DNA of 61,078 nucleotides from Minisyncoccota bacterium (GTDB taxonomy: Bacteria > Patescibacteriota > Minisyncoccia > Phycocordibacterales > DATDSR01): contig DATDVE010000019.1 in assembly GCA_036517655.1 (NCBI GenBank), forward strand, positions 1 through 61,078. Direction: 5' to 3'. Made by a program: the position numbers and the translations under genes. The notes below the pieces were generated by a model. That model did no database searches and had not been told where the DNA came from. It was given only the letters and a program-made list of their open reading frames with translations. Positions 26,246 through 34,185 of the stretch are shown here, one piece after another (position 1 is the first letter of the stretch; each line of letters opens with the position of its first letter).

Positions 26246-28294
26246 ATGCAAAGGAATTCAGGCAACAAGCGGCGAGAGTTTGGCGGCAAGAGCAAAAATC
26301 ACGGCGATCGCCGTAATTTTAAACATGACAAACTTCACAAGCGCCAAGTACCAAACAAGAACCAAAACGTGCAAACTTCCAAGCGAGAAATAGAGGGCGT
26401 GATCAAACTTGCGGGACGCAAGGGTGGTTTCGTCTTGCCCGAGGGGTACACCGACGAGGTCAGAATTGATCCGGCATTCTTGGGCACTGCTCTGCATAAC
26501 GACGAGGTCAGGGTACTGCTTCATAAACCCCACTTCGCCAAGGCTTCGCGGGGCGGTGAGCAGGAGCTCACCGGTGAAGTTATCAAGATTCTCACTCGAG
26601 CCAAAAGTCGCTTCGTTGGCACGATTGCAAATGGCAAATTTGTGCCCGATGATCGCAGATTCTATCTGGAAGTAGAGCTTGCCAAAGAGGGGGGGGCTGA
26701 GGCGGCTGACCAGAAGGTCTTAGTTGAGATCACCGATTGGCATAGCTTCCCCATTCGTGGGAGAGTGGTAGAAATATTGGGCAAGCAGGGCGAGCATGAG
26801 ACAGAGATGCTCTCGATCCTGGCAGCCACTGGCATCGTCTATGACTTCCCCACTCTAGTCGAAGCAGAAGCGAAAGAGGTGGCGGCCCGTCTTCGCCAAG
26901 GCTTCGACGAGGTGAGACGTGATATGAGAAGCACGCTGACCTTCACCATCGATCCCGCAAGTGCTAAAGATTTTGACGATGCGCTCTCGTTTAAAGAATT
27001 TGGCAGTGGGAAATACGAGATAGGGGTACACATTGCTGACGTCTCGCACTTCGTCAGGCCTGGAACAAAGCTAGATGATGAAGCGAGGCGCCGGGCAAAT
27101 AGCGTATACATGGTGGATCGCACGGTACCAATGCTACCGGAAGTTTTGTCTGCTGATATTTGCTCTCTGGTACCCAATCAAGACAGACTCACATATTCCG
27201 CGATCTTCGTTATAGATAAGACTGGCAAGGTAGAGAGTGAGTGGTTTGGCCGCACTATTATCCACTCGCAGAGGAGATTTACTTACGAAGAGGCAGCCAA
27301 GATTCTGAAGGATAAATCAGGTCAATATGCCGAAGAACTCATGATACTCAATGAGATCGCCCAGAATCTTCATAAAGAGCGGGTACGCAAGGGTTCAGTG
27401 ATCTTTGAGAAAGACGAGATCAAGGTCGAGCTAGATGCACAAAGCAAACCGGTGCGCATATATGTCAAAGAGCGATTAGCAACCCACAAGCTAATCGAGG
27501 AGTTCATGCTCCTCGCCAACAAGCATGTTGCCCGTTACCTGTATCTGGGAGTTGGGAAATTAGGTGGGGCGGCAGTGTACCGAATTCATGATGTACCGGA
27601 CAAGGATCGCATAGTACTGGTTAAATCATTTCTCAAATCTTTGGGATACAAGTTTGAGGGAGACCCGAAAAAGTTTGGCGCCCGTGAGATCAACGAACTT
27701 TTCGCCCAGATCAAGGGCGAGGATATCGAGATGCTGGTGCAGACGGCAGTCTTGCGCTCGATGGCCAAGGCCATTTACTCCACTCGCAATATTGGCCACT
27801 TCGGACTTGGCTTCGAGTTCTACACCCACTTCACCTCGCCGATCCGCAGATACCCAGATGTGCTGGTCCACAGACTCTTGACAAAATATCTTTCGGGTAA
27901 GCCCATAGAGAAGAGCGAGGTCATAGAGTTCGAGCGAATCGCACGCTACTCAAGTGAGCGCGAGCGCGAGGCTGAAGCGGCAGAGCGCGAGAGCGTCAAG
28001 TACAAACAAGTTGAGTACATGCTCTCCCTTAAGGAGAAAGACCCGACAAGACTATACGACGGCACAATTGTGGGGGTCACAGAGTGGGGCATCTTCGTCG
28101 AAGAGCAAAGTGCGAAGTCAGAAGGCATGCTACGCCTTTCTAGTTTGGGGGATGATTATTACGAATTCGATGAGAAAAAATTTGCCATCATAGGTAAGCG
28201 TACCAAAAAAGTTTACAGATTAGGAGATAAAATAAAAGTAAAATTACTAGAAGTAGACGTCCCCCGCCATCAAATCACCTGGGAACTGGTATAA
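26246..28294 (+). CDS. rnr: Ribonuclease R (RNB family 3'-5' exoribonuclease)
   Basis: RNB motifs DPASAKDFDDALS and HFGLGFEFYTHFTSPIRRYPD, with a C-terminal S1 domain. Confidence 0.9.
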   Translation: MQRNSGNKRREFGGKSKNHGDRRNFKHDKLHKRQVPNKNQNVQTSKREIEGVIKLAGRKGGFVLPEGYTDEVRIDPAFLGTALHNDEVRVLLHKPHFAKASRGGEQELTGEVIKILTRAKSRFVGTIANGKFVPDDRRFYLEVELAKEGGAEAADQKVLVEITDWHSFPIRGRVVEILGKQGEHETEMLSILAATGIVYDFPTLVEAEAKEVAARLRQGFDEVRRDMRSTLTFTIDPASAKDFDDALSFKEFGSGKYEIGVHIADVSHFVRPGTKLDDEARRRANSVYMVDRTVPMLPEVLSADICSLVPNQDRLTYSAIFVIDKTGKVESEWFGRTIIHSQRRFTYEEAAKILKDKSGQYAEELMILNEIAQNLHKERVRKGSVIFEKDEIKVELDAQSKPVRIYVKERLATHKLIEEFMLLANKHVARYLYLGVGKLGGAAVYRIHDVPDKDRIVLVKSFLKSLGYKFEGDPKKFGAREINELFAQIKGEDIEMLVQTAVLRSMAKAIYSTRNIGHFGLGFEFYTHFTSPIRRYPDVLVHRLLTKYLSGKPIEKSEVIEFERIARYSSEREREAEAAERESVKYKQVEYMLSLKEKDPTRLYDGTIVGVTEWGIFVEEQSAKSEGMLRLSSLGDDYYEFDEKKFAIIGKRTKKVYRLGDKIKVKLLEVDVPRHQITWELV

Positions 28295-28297
28295 TAA

Positions 28298-30343
28298 TTA
28301 TTTAGCGTAACTTACTGCGTCGTCGAATCTGATTGATAGCAATTTCGAGATGCCATCGGCTGACATTGTCACTCCATATAAGACACTCGCGTGACTCATG
28401 GTCTCGCGGTTATGGGTTACAACTATTAGCTGCGATTTGTCAGATAGTTTTGTTAGCATTTCACCGTACTTGCGAGCATTTGTCTCATCGAGAGCTGCGT
28501 CTGTTTCGTCAAGTACTAAGAAGGGCGGCGGATTAACTTGGCTCATGGCAAATAAGAGCGCTATTGAGGTGAGCGCTCGCTCGCCTCCAGAGAGCATTTC
28601 TAGGCCTCTAATCTTCTTGCGCGGAAGATTAACATCTATATCAATCCCCCACTCACTCTCTATTTCCTCGCCGGCCTCGTCTACGCCCCCACCAATTTTG
28701 ACTACGCCGACAGAGGCACTACCGCCGCCAAAGAGAGTCGCGAAGAAACTGTTAAACTCTTTGTTTACAAGATTCAAACCCTCTTTAAACTTCACCTCAA
28801 GTGTTTCGGTCAGCTCTTTCATTAAATTTTTCAGCGAGTTTGCGCTCTTATCAAGATCTTCTAGCTCGCGTGTTAAATGCTCATCGCGGGCACGTGTATC
28901 TTCGTATTCTTTAATCACATCCGAGCCCACCCCGCCAGCATCTTCGATCCTAATCTTGAGTCGCTCTATTTTTTTGCGCAAATCATGCTGCTGCTCACGC
29001 GTTACAGAAACCAGGTTTCCAGACTCTCCTGAAACCTGGTTTCGGGAATCGGCGAGGATATTCACTCCGGTGAGAAGGGCGATCTCGTGAGCATCTCGGG
29101 CGAAGACTTCGTGTTCTATCTTATGCCCAGCCTCTCGCAAACTTACTTTTTCAACCTCTGCCCTAAGTGTTGACTCACGGGCGCGCAATTCATAAGAGAC
29201 TTTTTCTTCTTCACGTAGAGTGTCTAATTCGCGCGTCTCTTCTTTTTCTTGTGTGATTAAATCCTGAATCTTCTGTTCAAGTTCAGATTTCTCTTTCAGC
29301 CAGTGACTCGAATCTGACCCTAAGGGCTCCCCTTGGGTAACTCCAAGGGGAGCCCTTGGAGTTCGGGTGATTACTTGCCCGCAATATCTGCATCTCTCTT
29401 CGCCACGCTCGTCTACTCTCACAAGCTCAACTCGCTTGCCTGCTTCGATCTTACCTTCTAGCCTGCCAATTAATCTAGACAGCTCATCTTTTTCATTTCT
29501 CAACTTACTAAGGCTCTCTGTGAGCTCATGGATTCTAGGGCTACGACCAACTTTCGCAAGCTCCTTTTCTATTAATGCCAGATCGTGCTTAACCTCATGC
29601 AAGTCAGCACTAATCGCTTCTTTCAAATTATCAAGATAGATCTTCTCGTTTGCAAAATACTCACTCGATAAGTTAGCTAACTCAGCTTTTTGCAAAGCTA
29701 ATTTCTCTACTTCTTCCACTTGCTTTTTTAGGAACTTAAGATGCGGGGCAATCTCGCGTCTAAGCGACTCGACTTGTTTAATATTCTCACTTGTCTTCTC
29801 TAGTCTCTTGTCGCTTTCGCTTAATTTGTACTGATAAATTTTTAGTCCCAGTGCATCTTCTAGAATCTCGCGTCGCTCTTTGGGGTTTGCAGAGAGCACG
29901 TGATCTGCCTCGCCTTGGCTAATTATGTGATGCCCTGATGGACCTAAACTCACGGCACTAAGTAGTTCTATAACGTCTCGCAACCTTACCTGCGAATTAT
30001 TAATAGAATAAATATTTTGGCCGTCTCTGTGGACTTCGCGTTCTACTATCACTTCGCTGAACTCAATGGGCAATTTTTTATCAGCATTATCAAAGACGAG
30101 TACAACAGATGCTCTGTTTAATCTGCCCGAACTACCCGCGCCATTAAAGATCAGATCTTCACCGCGTTTACCACGCAAACTTTTCATGCTTTGCTCACCC
30201 ACTACCCAGCGCAAAGCCTCAGCCACATTACTCTTGCCCGAGCCGTTCGGCCCAACAATAGCCGTAATAGGCGCATCGAACTCAAGCGAAGTCTTCTTGG
30301 CAAAACTTTTGAACCCAGTTATTTCTATCCTCTTTAATCTCAC
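28298..30343 (-). CDS. smc: SMC-family ATPase, short hinge-less form (681 aa) with a central CxxC
   Basis: N-terminal head (M)RLKRIEITGFKSFA..GPNGSGKSNVAEALRWVVGEQS and C-terminal head LSGGERALTSIALLFA..FLVLDETDAALD. Only ~400 aa of coiled coil lie between them, with CRYC at the midpoint. GTG 30343 is the preferred start. Confidence 0.8.
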   Translation of the reverse strand: MRLKRIEITGFKSFAKKTSLEFDAPITAIVGPNGSGKSNVAEALRWVVGEQSMKSLRGKRGEDLIFNGAGSSGRLNRASVVLVFDNADKKLPIEFSEVIVEREVHRDGQNIYSINNSQVRLRDVIELLSAVSLGPSGHHIISQGEADHVLSANPKERREILEDALGLKIYQYKLSESDKRLEKTSENIKQVESLRREIAPHLKFLKKQVEEVEKLALQKAELANLSSEYFANEKIYLDNLKEAISADLHEVKHDLALIEKELAKVGRSPRIHELTESLSKLRNEKDELSRLIGRLEGKIEAGKRVELVRVDERGEERCRYCGQVITRTPRAPLGVTQGEPLGSDSSHWLKEKSELEQKIQDLITQEKEETRELDTLREEEKVSYELRARESTLRAEVEKVSLREAGHKIEHEVFARDAHEIALLTGVNILADSRNQVSGESGNLVSVTREQQHDLRKKIERLKIRIEDAGGVGSDVIKEYEDTRARDEHLTRELEDLDKSANSLKNLMKELTETLEVKFKEGLNLVNKEFNSFFATLFGGGSASVGVVKIGGGVDEAGEEIESEWGIDIDVNLPRKKIRGLEMLSGGERALTSIALLFAMSQVNPPPFLVLDETDAALDETNARKYGEMLTKLSDKSQLIVVTHNRETMSHASVLYGVTMSADGISKLLSIRFDDAVSYAK

Positions 30344-30352
30344 ATTTATATG

Positions 30353-30417
30353 GTACCAACTCACCCGGACTTTGTCTCGCCCTCTCTTATCTATAAGAGA
30401 GGGTTGGGGTGAGTTAT
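30353..30417 (-). promoter_or_regulatory. 65-bp structured repeat, copy 1 (promoter/operator module upstream of smc)
   Basis: About 94% identical to 34113..34176. It contains the palindrome CCCTCTCTTAT-ct-ATAAGAGAGGG (30380-30403) nested in AACTCACCC/GGGTGAGTT arms. The minus strand has GAGACA, 17 nt, TACCAT, 6 nt, GTG. Confidence 0.6.
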
Positions 30418-31100
30418 TAGTAAAAAGATGCGAGGGCAGCTTTGGCGGCTTCTGTTTCAGCTTCTTGCTTGCTCATTCCTGTGCCCTTGCCAATTAACTT
30501 TGTATTCAAATAAACTCCCACAGTAAATGTCTTGGCGTGGTCAGGGCCAACTTCTTTGATCGTTTTATACACTGGCGTTATTCCCTCGCTATCTTGAGCT
30601 TTTTCTTGCAACACACTCTTGGGATCTTGCCAGAGACTCTTCTCTACCACTTCATCTGCTTTCTCAAGGAGCACTTTCTTGAGGAACTCACCAGCAGATT
30701 TGTAATCACCATCAAGATAAATCGCGCCCACAAGCGCCTCAAACGTATTAGCCAAGATCACAGCGCGAGCTCTGCCAGTATCCTTAGCCTCACCCTTCGA
30801 CAGCAACAAGTATGCACCCAAGCCGAGCACCCCGGCCACTTTCGAAAGGCTCACAGTGTTAACAAGGGCCGCACGCACACTTGTAAGTTCCCCTTCTGTC
30901 TTACCGGGATACTTGTTGTATAAATATTCTGTGCACACAAGCTCGAGCACAGCGTCACCCAAGAATTCTAATCTCTCGTTGTGCGGCAACTTAAAGCTCT
31001 TGTTCTCATTTAGGTAAGAACGATGAGTGAGGGCCTGGGTTAGCAGATCCTTATCTTTGAAATTATGCCTTATCAGTTTCTCCAGATTCTCTGATTGCAT
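30417..31100 (-). CDS. rnc: Ribonuclease III
   Basis: Signature ERLEFLGDAVLELV plus a C-terminal dsRBD (GPDHAKTFTV..GKGTGMSKQEAE). Confidence 0.93.
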   Translation of the reverse strand: MQSENLEKLIRHNFKDKDLLTQALTHRSYLNENKSFKLPHNERLEFLGDAVLELVCTEYLYNKYPGKTEGELTSVRAALVNTVSLSKVAGVLGLGAYLLLSKGEAKDTGRARAVILANTFEALVGAIYLDGDYKSAGEFLKKVLLEKADEVVEKSLWQDPKSVLQEKAQDSEGITPVYKTIKEVGPDHAKTFTVGVYLNTKLIGKGTGMSKQEAETEAAKAALASFY

Positions 31101-32016
31101 GTAATGTCTCTATTCCCTTATCAATAATGGGCCGAACGTCGGGATACATTTTCAACCCCTCGACTTCGCTTAAATTAAACCACTTGACTTGATCTAGCCC
31201 GCCACTGCCTTCGGGCAACTTGATACTAGCAGGATTCTTGGCCCGCGCAAGGAAGTAGGTCACTTGCTTCCTCATATTGCCAATCTCCGGATCCGTGGCT
31301 ACGTACTCGTTCACTCCTATCAACTTCTTAGTCTCTATTTCAAGATTCATCTCCTCTTTGATCTCGCGCACAACTCCCGTCTCCTCGTTCTCGCTGCCTT
31401 CCACACCACCCTTACTAAGCGTCCAGTAGCCGAAGACATCGTGCACGAAAGCAAGCATCTCGTTGCCTTTCTTGTCTCTACAATACACCACGGCACCCAC
31501 TAACTTTTTATGCGGCAGTAATTCTTTCTCTTCTTTAGTTAGATCTTCTTTCTTCTTGTACTTGCGTTTCTTCTTGGGCAATTCGTCCTTGCCCGGCTCA
31601 CCCATCTCTTTATAAATAGTGCCTAAAACGCCATTTATAAATTTCCCACTACGTTCCCCACCAAAACTTTTTGCAAGTTCGATTGCCTCGTTAATTGCCA
31701 CGCGCGCTGGCACTTCTTCTTTCTTGGCAAAGAGCAGCTCATATAAGCCTACGCGCAAAACATTCCTATCAACTAAGGGTGTTTGGAGTAGCGGCCAGTC
31801 GCGTGCGGCTTTAGTAATTATCTCGTCCAGAGTTCCTCTCGTCTTTATAACTCCCCTAGTTAGTTTAACTATGAAATCCTTCTCCGCTCCGTCTTCTCCA
31901 AATTCGTTGATGTTACGTGCCAGGATGTCGTCAATCTTATCTTTCTTGCCATCATAAAAATCCCACTCAAATAGTGATTGTAACGCAATCCCGCGTGAGA
32001 CGTGTCTCTTGGCCAT
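31063..32016 (-). CDS. nusB: NusB antitermination factor fused to a C-terminal NUDIX hydrolase domain
   Basis: Residues 1-140 are NusB-like (RGIALQSLFEWDF, RVAINEAIELAKSFGGERSGKFINGVLG). A KKKRKYKKKED linker follows, then the Nudix box GGVEGSENEETGVVREIKEEMNL. Confidence 0.8.
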   Translation of the reverse strand: MAKRHVSRGIALQSLFEWDFYDGKKDKIDDILARNINEFGEDGAEKDFIVKLTRGVIKTRGTLDEIITKAARDWPLLQTPLVDRNVLRVGLYELLFAKKEEVPARVAINEAIELAKSFGGERSGKFINGVLGTIYKEMGEPGKDELPKKKRKYKKKEDLTKEEKELLPHKKLVGAVVYCRDKKGNEMLAFVHDVFGYWTLSKGGVEGSENEETGVVREIKEEMNLEIETKKLIGVNEYVATDPEIGNMRKQVTYFLARAKNPASIKLPEGSGGLDQVKWFNLSEVEGLKMYPDVRPIIDKGIETLHAIRESGETDKA

Positions 32017-32074
32017 AAATTTGAAATGTACTCATTTCACCCTGCGAAGTCCGCCTCGGGCGGACGAAGTAGGG

Positions 32075-32293
32075 TTACTTAGCTTCAGCCTTGCGCTTCT
32101 TCTCGCGCTTGGCCCCCTTCGCCAATACATCCACAACAACTCGCCCCTTATAGCTACCGCAAGTCTGGCACATTGTGTGTGCGAGCTTTTGCGAGCCACA
32201 TTTCTCGCACTTACCCATACGTAAACCCGTAAGGGCATGGTGGCTGCGGCGGTTAGCCGTGTGGGAACTCGTATGTCGCATCCGTACTGACAT
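32075..32293 (-). CDS. rpmF: 50S ribosomal protein L32
   Basis: MSVRMRHTSSHTANRRSHHAL..CEKCGSQKLAHTMCQTCGSYKGR. ATG 32293 is preferred to the ORF-track start. Confidence 0.8.
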   Translation of the reverse strand: MSVRMRHTSSHTANRRSHHALTGLRMGKCEKCGSQKLAHTMCQTCGSYKGRVVVDVLAKGAKREKKRKAEAK

Positions 32294-32294
32294 G

Positions 32295-32316
32295 TTGCAA
32301 TCGTACACGATTGCAA
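32295..32316 (-). promoter_or_regulatory. 9-bp-stem hairpin abutting the rpmF start codon
   Basis: TTGCAATCG-tgta-CGATTGCAA (as read on the minus strand) ends 1 nt upstream of the rpmF ATG (32293). Confidence 0.35.
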
Positions 32317-32336
32317 GGCAAAACGCAAAATCAAGA

Positions 32337-32377
32337 GGCGGTGGGTAGTCAGATTTTCATCTGATTTCCCCACCGCC
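32337..32377 (-). terminator. Long hairpin terminator after island D
   Basis: GGCGGTGGG..TCAGAT-tttc-ATCTGA..CCCCACCGCC. On the minus strand it is followed by TCTTGATTTTGCGTTTTGCC. Confidence 0.55.
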
Positions 32378-32389
32378 TTCTTCCCCCGA

Positions 32390-32770
32390 CTAGCTCGAGG
32401 CGCTAATCCCCAACCCTCGCGCTCGTGCTTGAACCGGGACCTTCTTCTTTGCCGGGCTGGTGGTGTACCAGCGATACAACGGCCAAAGGAGGAAGAACAG
32501 CAGGAGACCGGCGAGGTAGGGAATCCCGAAGAACGGAATGAGAACCGGCCGAGACCCCGACGTTAGGATCACAAAAACCGAGATGGCGGCGGCGGAGAAC
32601 GCAGCGATTCCCGTCCAGACAGTCTTCTCTCGCGTGTACAAGCCGAGGAAGACGTTCGTGGCCAGGTAGCGATTCGCGGACCAGAACCCGCAGAAGAGGG
32701 TTGAGGCCGTGAAAAAGCCCCCAAGCGCAAGGACGAATACAGCGAGACCGTAGAGCAAACCCTCCGGCAT
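32390..32770 (-). CDS. Hypothetical 4-TM membrane protein (GC-rich island D)
   Basis: 126-aa ORF with hydrophobic helices and an AAAGGAGG SD 8 nt upstream. Confidence 0.5.
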   Translation of the reverse strand: MPEGLLYGLAVFVLALGGFFTASTLFCGFWSANRYLATNVFLGLYTREKTVWTGIAAFSAAAISVFVILTSGSRPVLIPFFGIPYLAGLLLFFLLWPLYRWYTTSPAKKKVPVQARARGLGISASS

Positions 32771-32819
32771 GATGTTGCCTCCTTTCCGGAATTACTCTAT
32801 TCTTCTTCGTCTCGTTTGT

Positions 32820-33029
32820 CTACTCGGCTTGCCGGTCATTCTCGATGACCACGACGCGCTTCTGACGGGATTCCGCTTCTACTTCGCTCTCGTCGAGCCA
32901 CCTTCCTAATGCCCTCTTGAATCTCCAGAAGTGGCGCGTTAATTCTGCCTGATCCCTTTGAGTAGGCACCAGCGAGATCACGAGCTCTTCCAGAAGGTCG
33001 AGCCACTTAAGTATCCTCTCCTGTCTCAT
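32820..33029 (-). CDS. Hypothetical 69-aa protein (island D)
   Basis: The start overlaps the upstream stop (ATGA coupling). The protein is charged and helical. No family recognised. Confidence 0.4.
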   Translation of the reverse strand: MRQERILKWLDLLEELVISLVPTQRDQAELTRHFWRFKRALGRWLDESEVEAESRQKRVVVIENDRQAE

Positions 33030-33454
33030 ATCTTGATCCCCCTTGTTCTAACTGTGCTGTGGCCAATCACATATGTTGCGCTATATTGGGGAGAGAAGCC
33101 ATGGCTCTTGTACTCTTCTGCCTCGTCTTCTGTAATCAACGTGTGTCTTTGGACCTTCCTCTCCCACAAGAAACTATTGGCTTCTCCAAACAACACAATT
33201 CCGTAGGTGTAGCTTTCCTCGATACTTCTTCGCACGCGAAGCATCGCCCACTTGATGTCTGGCTCACGAGTATCCGGCAAGACAACAACTTCGATCTCGA
33301 TATCTCCCAGTCGAACCTGGACTTCGCCAACCCAGACGATCAGATCGGGTACACGCAACATCGTCACTCCCCCGGAGTTGCTCCCTGGCTCCCAACGATG
33401 CACATCAGTGGGAGCCCCAGCTAAAACAGCGAACAACAGAATTAATCCTTTCAT
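33026..33454 (-). CDS. Hypothetical secreted 142-aa protein (island D)
   Basis: Signal-like MKGLILLFAVLAGAP, with a GGAGG SD 5 nt upstream of the ATG. Confidence 0.5.
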   Translation of the reverse strand: MKGLILLFAVLAGAPTDVHRWEPGSNSGGVTMLRVPDLIVWVGEVQVRLGDIEIEVVVLPDTREPDIKWAMLRVRRSIEESYTYGIVLFGEANSFLWERKVQRHTLITEDEAEEYKSHGFSPQYSATYVIGHSTVRTRGIKI

Positions 33455-33482
33455 GAGGCCTCCTCTCTTCTAAAACAATCCT

Positions 33483-34103
33483 CTACCGAAAAGTTAATCT
33501 GGTCAAGTAGCTCGTCCTGTGGATCGGCGAGAGGCCGTGTTTCCCAATAGCGGCATAGTGCGCACCCGTGCCATAACCCTTATGCTTCGCAAAATCCCAA
33601 GCTGGATACCGGGTACCCAACTTAGTCATTTTTTTATCTCTGTGCACTTTGGCCAACACACTCGCCAGGCCAATTATCGGCACAAGTGAATCGCCCCTGG
33701 TGATAGTTTTTTGATTTTTAAATACTTTGGGAGCACGCAACCCTCCGTCAAGCAAAACCTCACTTTTGGTTACCTGGTAACCAAGTTGGACAGTTAGGCG
33801 GGTGAGTGAACGTGAGATGGCGAGGTTTACTGCCCAGACAATTCCCTTTTTATCTATTATTGTGTGTGCGACTGATGAAATTTTGTAATCTAGCTTGCCT
33901 ATTTTTTTTAACTCTTTCAGTCTTGCAACTATTTTTTCGCGCTGCCCCGGTGAAAGCTTTTTTGAATCCAGTGATAAGTTTCGCGAAGCAAAATTTCTAC
34001 AAGTTTCTATCAAATTTCGATCTCTTATAGCTAGTGCGCAGACGGTTACCGGCCCAGCTATGGGCCCACGGCCAACCTCGTCTATGCCGATTACCCAGTT
34101 CAT
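33483..34103 (-). CDS. rnhB: Ribonuclease HII
   Basis: MNWVIGIDEVGRGPIAGPVTVCA and ..FAKHKGYGTGAHY. ATG 34103 is preferred because the MSWYYDC extension lies inside the repeat module. Confidence 0.9.
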   Translation of the reverse strand: MNWVIGIDEVGRGPIAGPVTVCALAIRDRNLIETCRNFASRNLSLDSKKLSPGQREKIVARLKELKKIGKLDYKISSVAHTIIDKKGIVWAVNLAISRSLTRLTVQLGYQVTKSEVLLDGGLRAPKVFKNQKTITRGDSLVPIIGLASVLAKVHRDKKMTKLGTRYPAWDFAKHKGYGTGAHYAAIGKHGLSPIHRTSYLTRLTFR

Positions 34104-34112
34104 GCAATCATA

Positions 34113-34176
34113 GTACCAACTCACCCGGACCTTGTCTCGCCCTCTCTTATTTATAAGAGAGGGGTGGGTGAGTTAT
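34113..34176. promoter_or_regulatory. 65-bp structured repeat, copy 2 (divergent rnhB/dnaE control region)
   Basis: Same module as 30353..30417. The minus strand has GAGACA, 17 nt, TACTAT, 6 nt, ATG (rnhB). The plus-strand dnaE -10 box TATAAT (34174-34179) begins in the module's last 3 nt and lies 6 nt from the dnaE ATG. Confidence 0.6.
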
Positions 34177-34185
34177 AATCTTTAT

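Noticed and set aside
25861-26295. The extended 144-aa form of the S16 ORF
   Set aside because: The extra 29 residues have no S16 similarity and would overlap the rnr start and promoter. MLMIRLQRVG matches the canonical S16 N-terminus.
30344-30364. N-terminal MSWYHIN extension of the SMC ORF and the matching MSWYYDC extension of rnhB (34104..34124)
   Set aside because: Both extensions are translations of the shared repeat module starting at a GTG. The canonical N-termini (MRLKRIEITGFKSF and MNWVIGIDEVGRG) start just downstream.
33601-33621. A 19/21 match to the REP-like palindrome inside rnhB
   Set aside because: It encodes the conserved ..TRYPAWDF.. region of RNase HII and has lost the palindromic symmetry. 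It is noted as curious but is not called a REP copy without genome-wide statistics.
34132-34185. The 18-codon N-terminal extension of dnaE (MSRPLLFIREGWVSYNLY)
   Set aside because: It lies within the repeat module, and the same peptide appears in a spurious ORF at 30066..30497. The PHP-domain N-terminus starts at ATG 34186, behind a TATAAT box.
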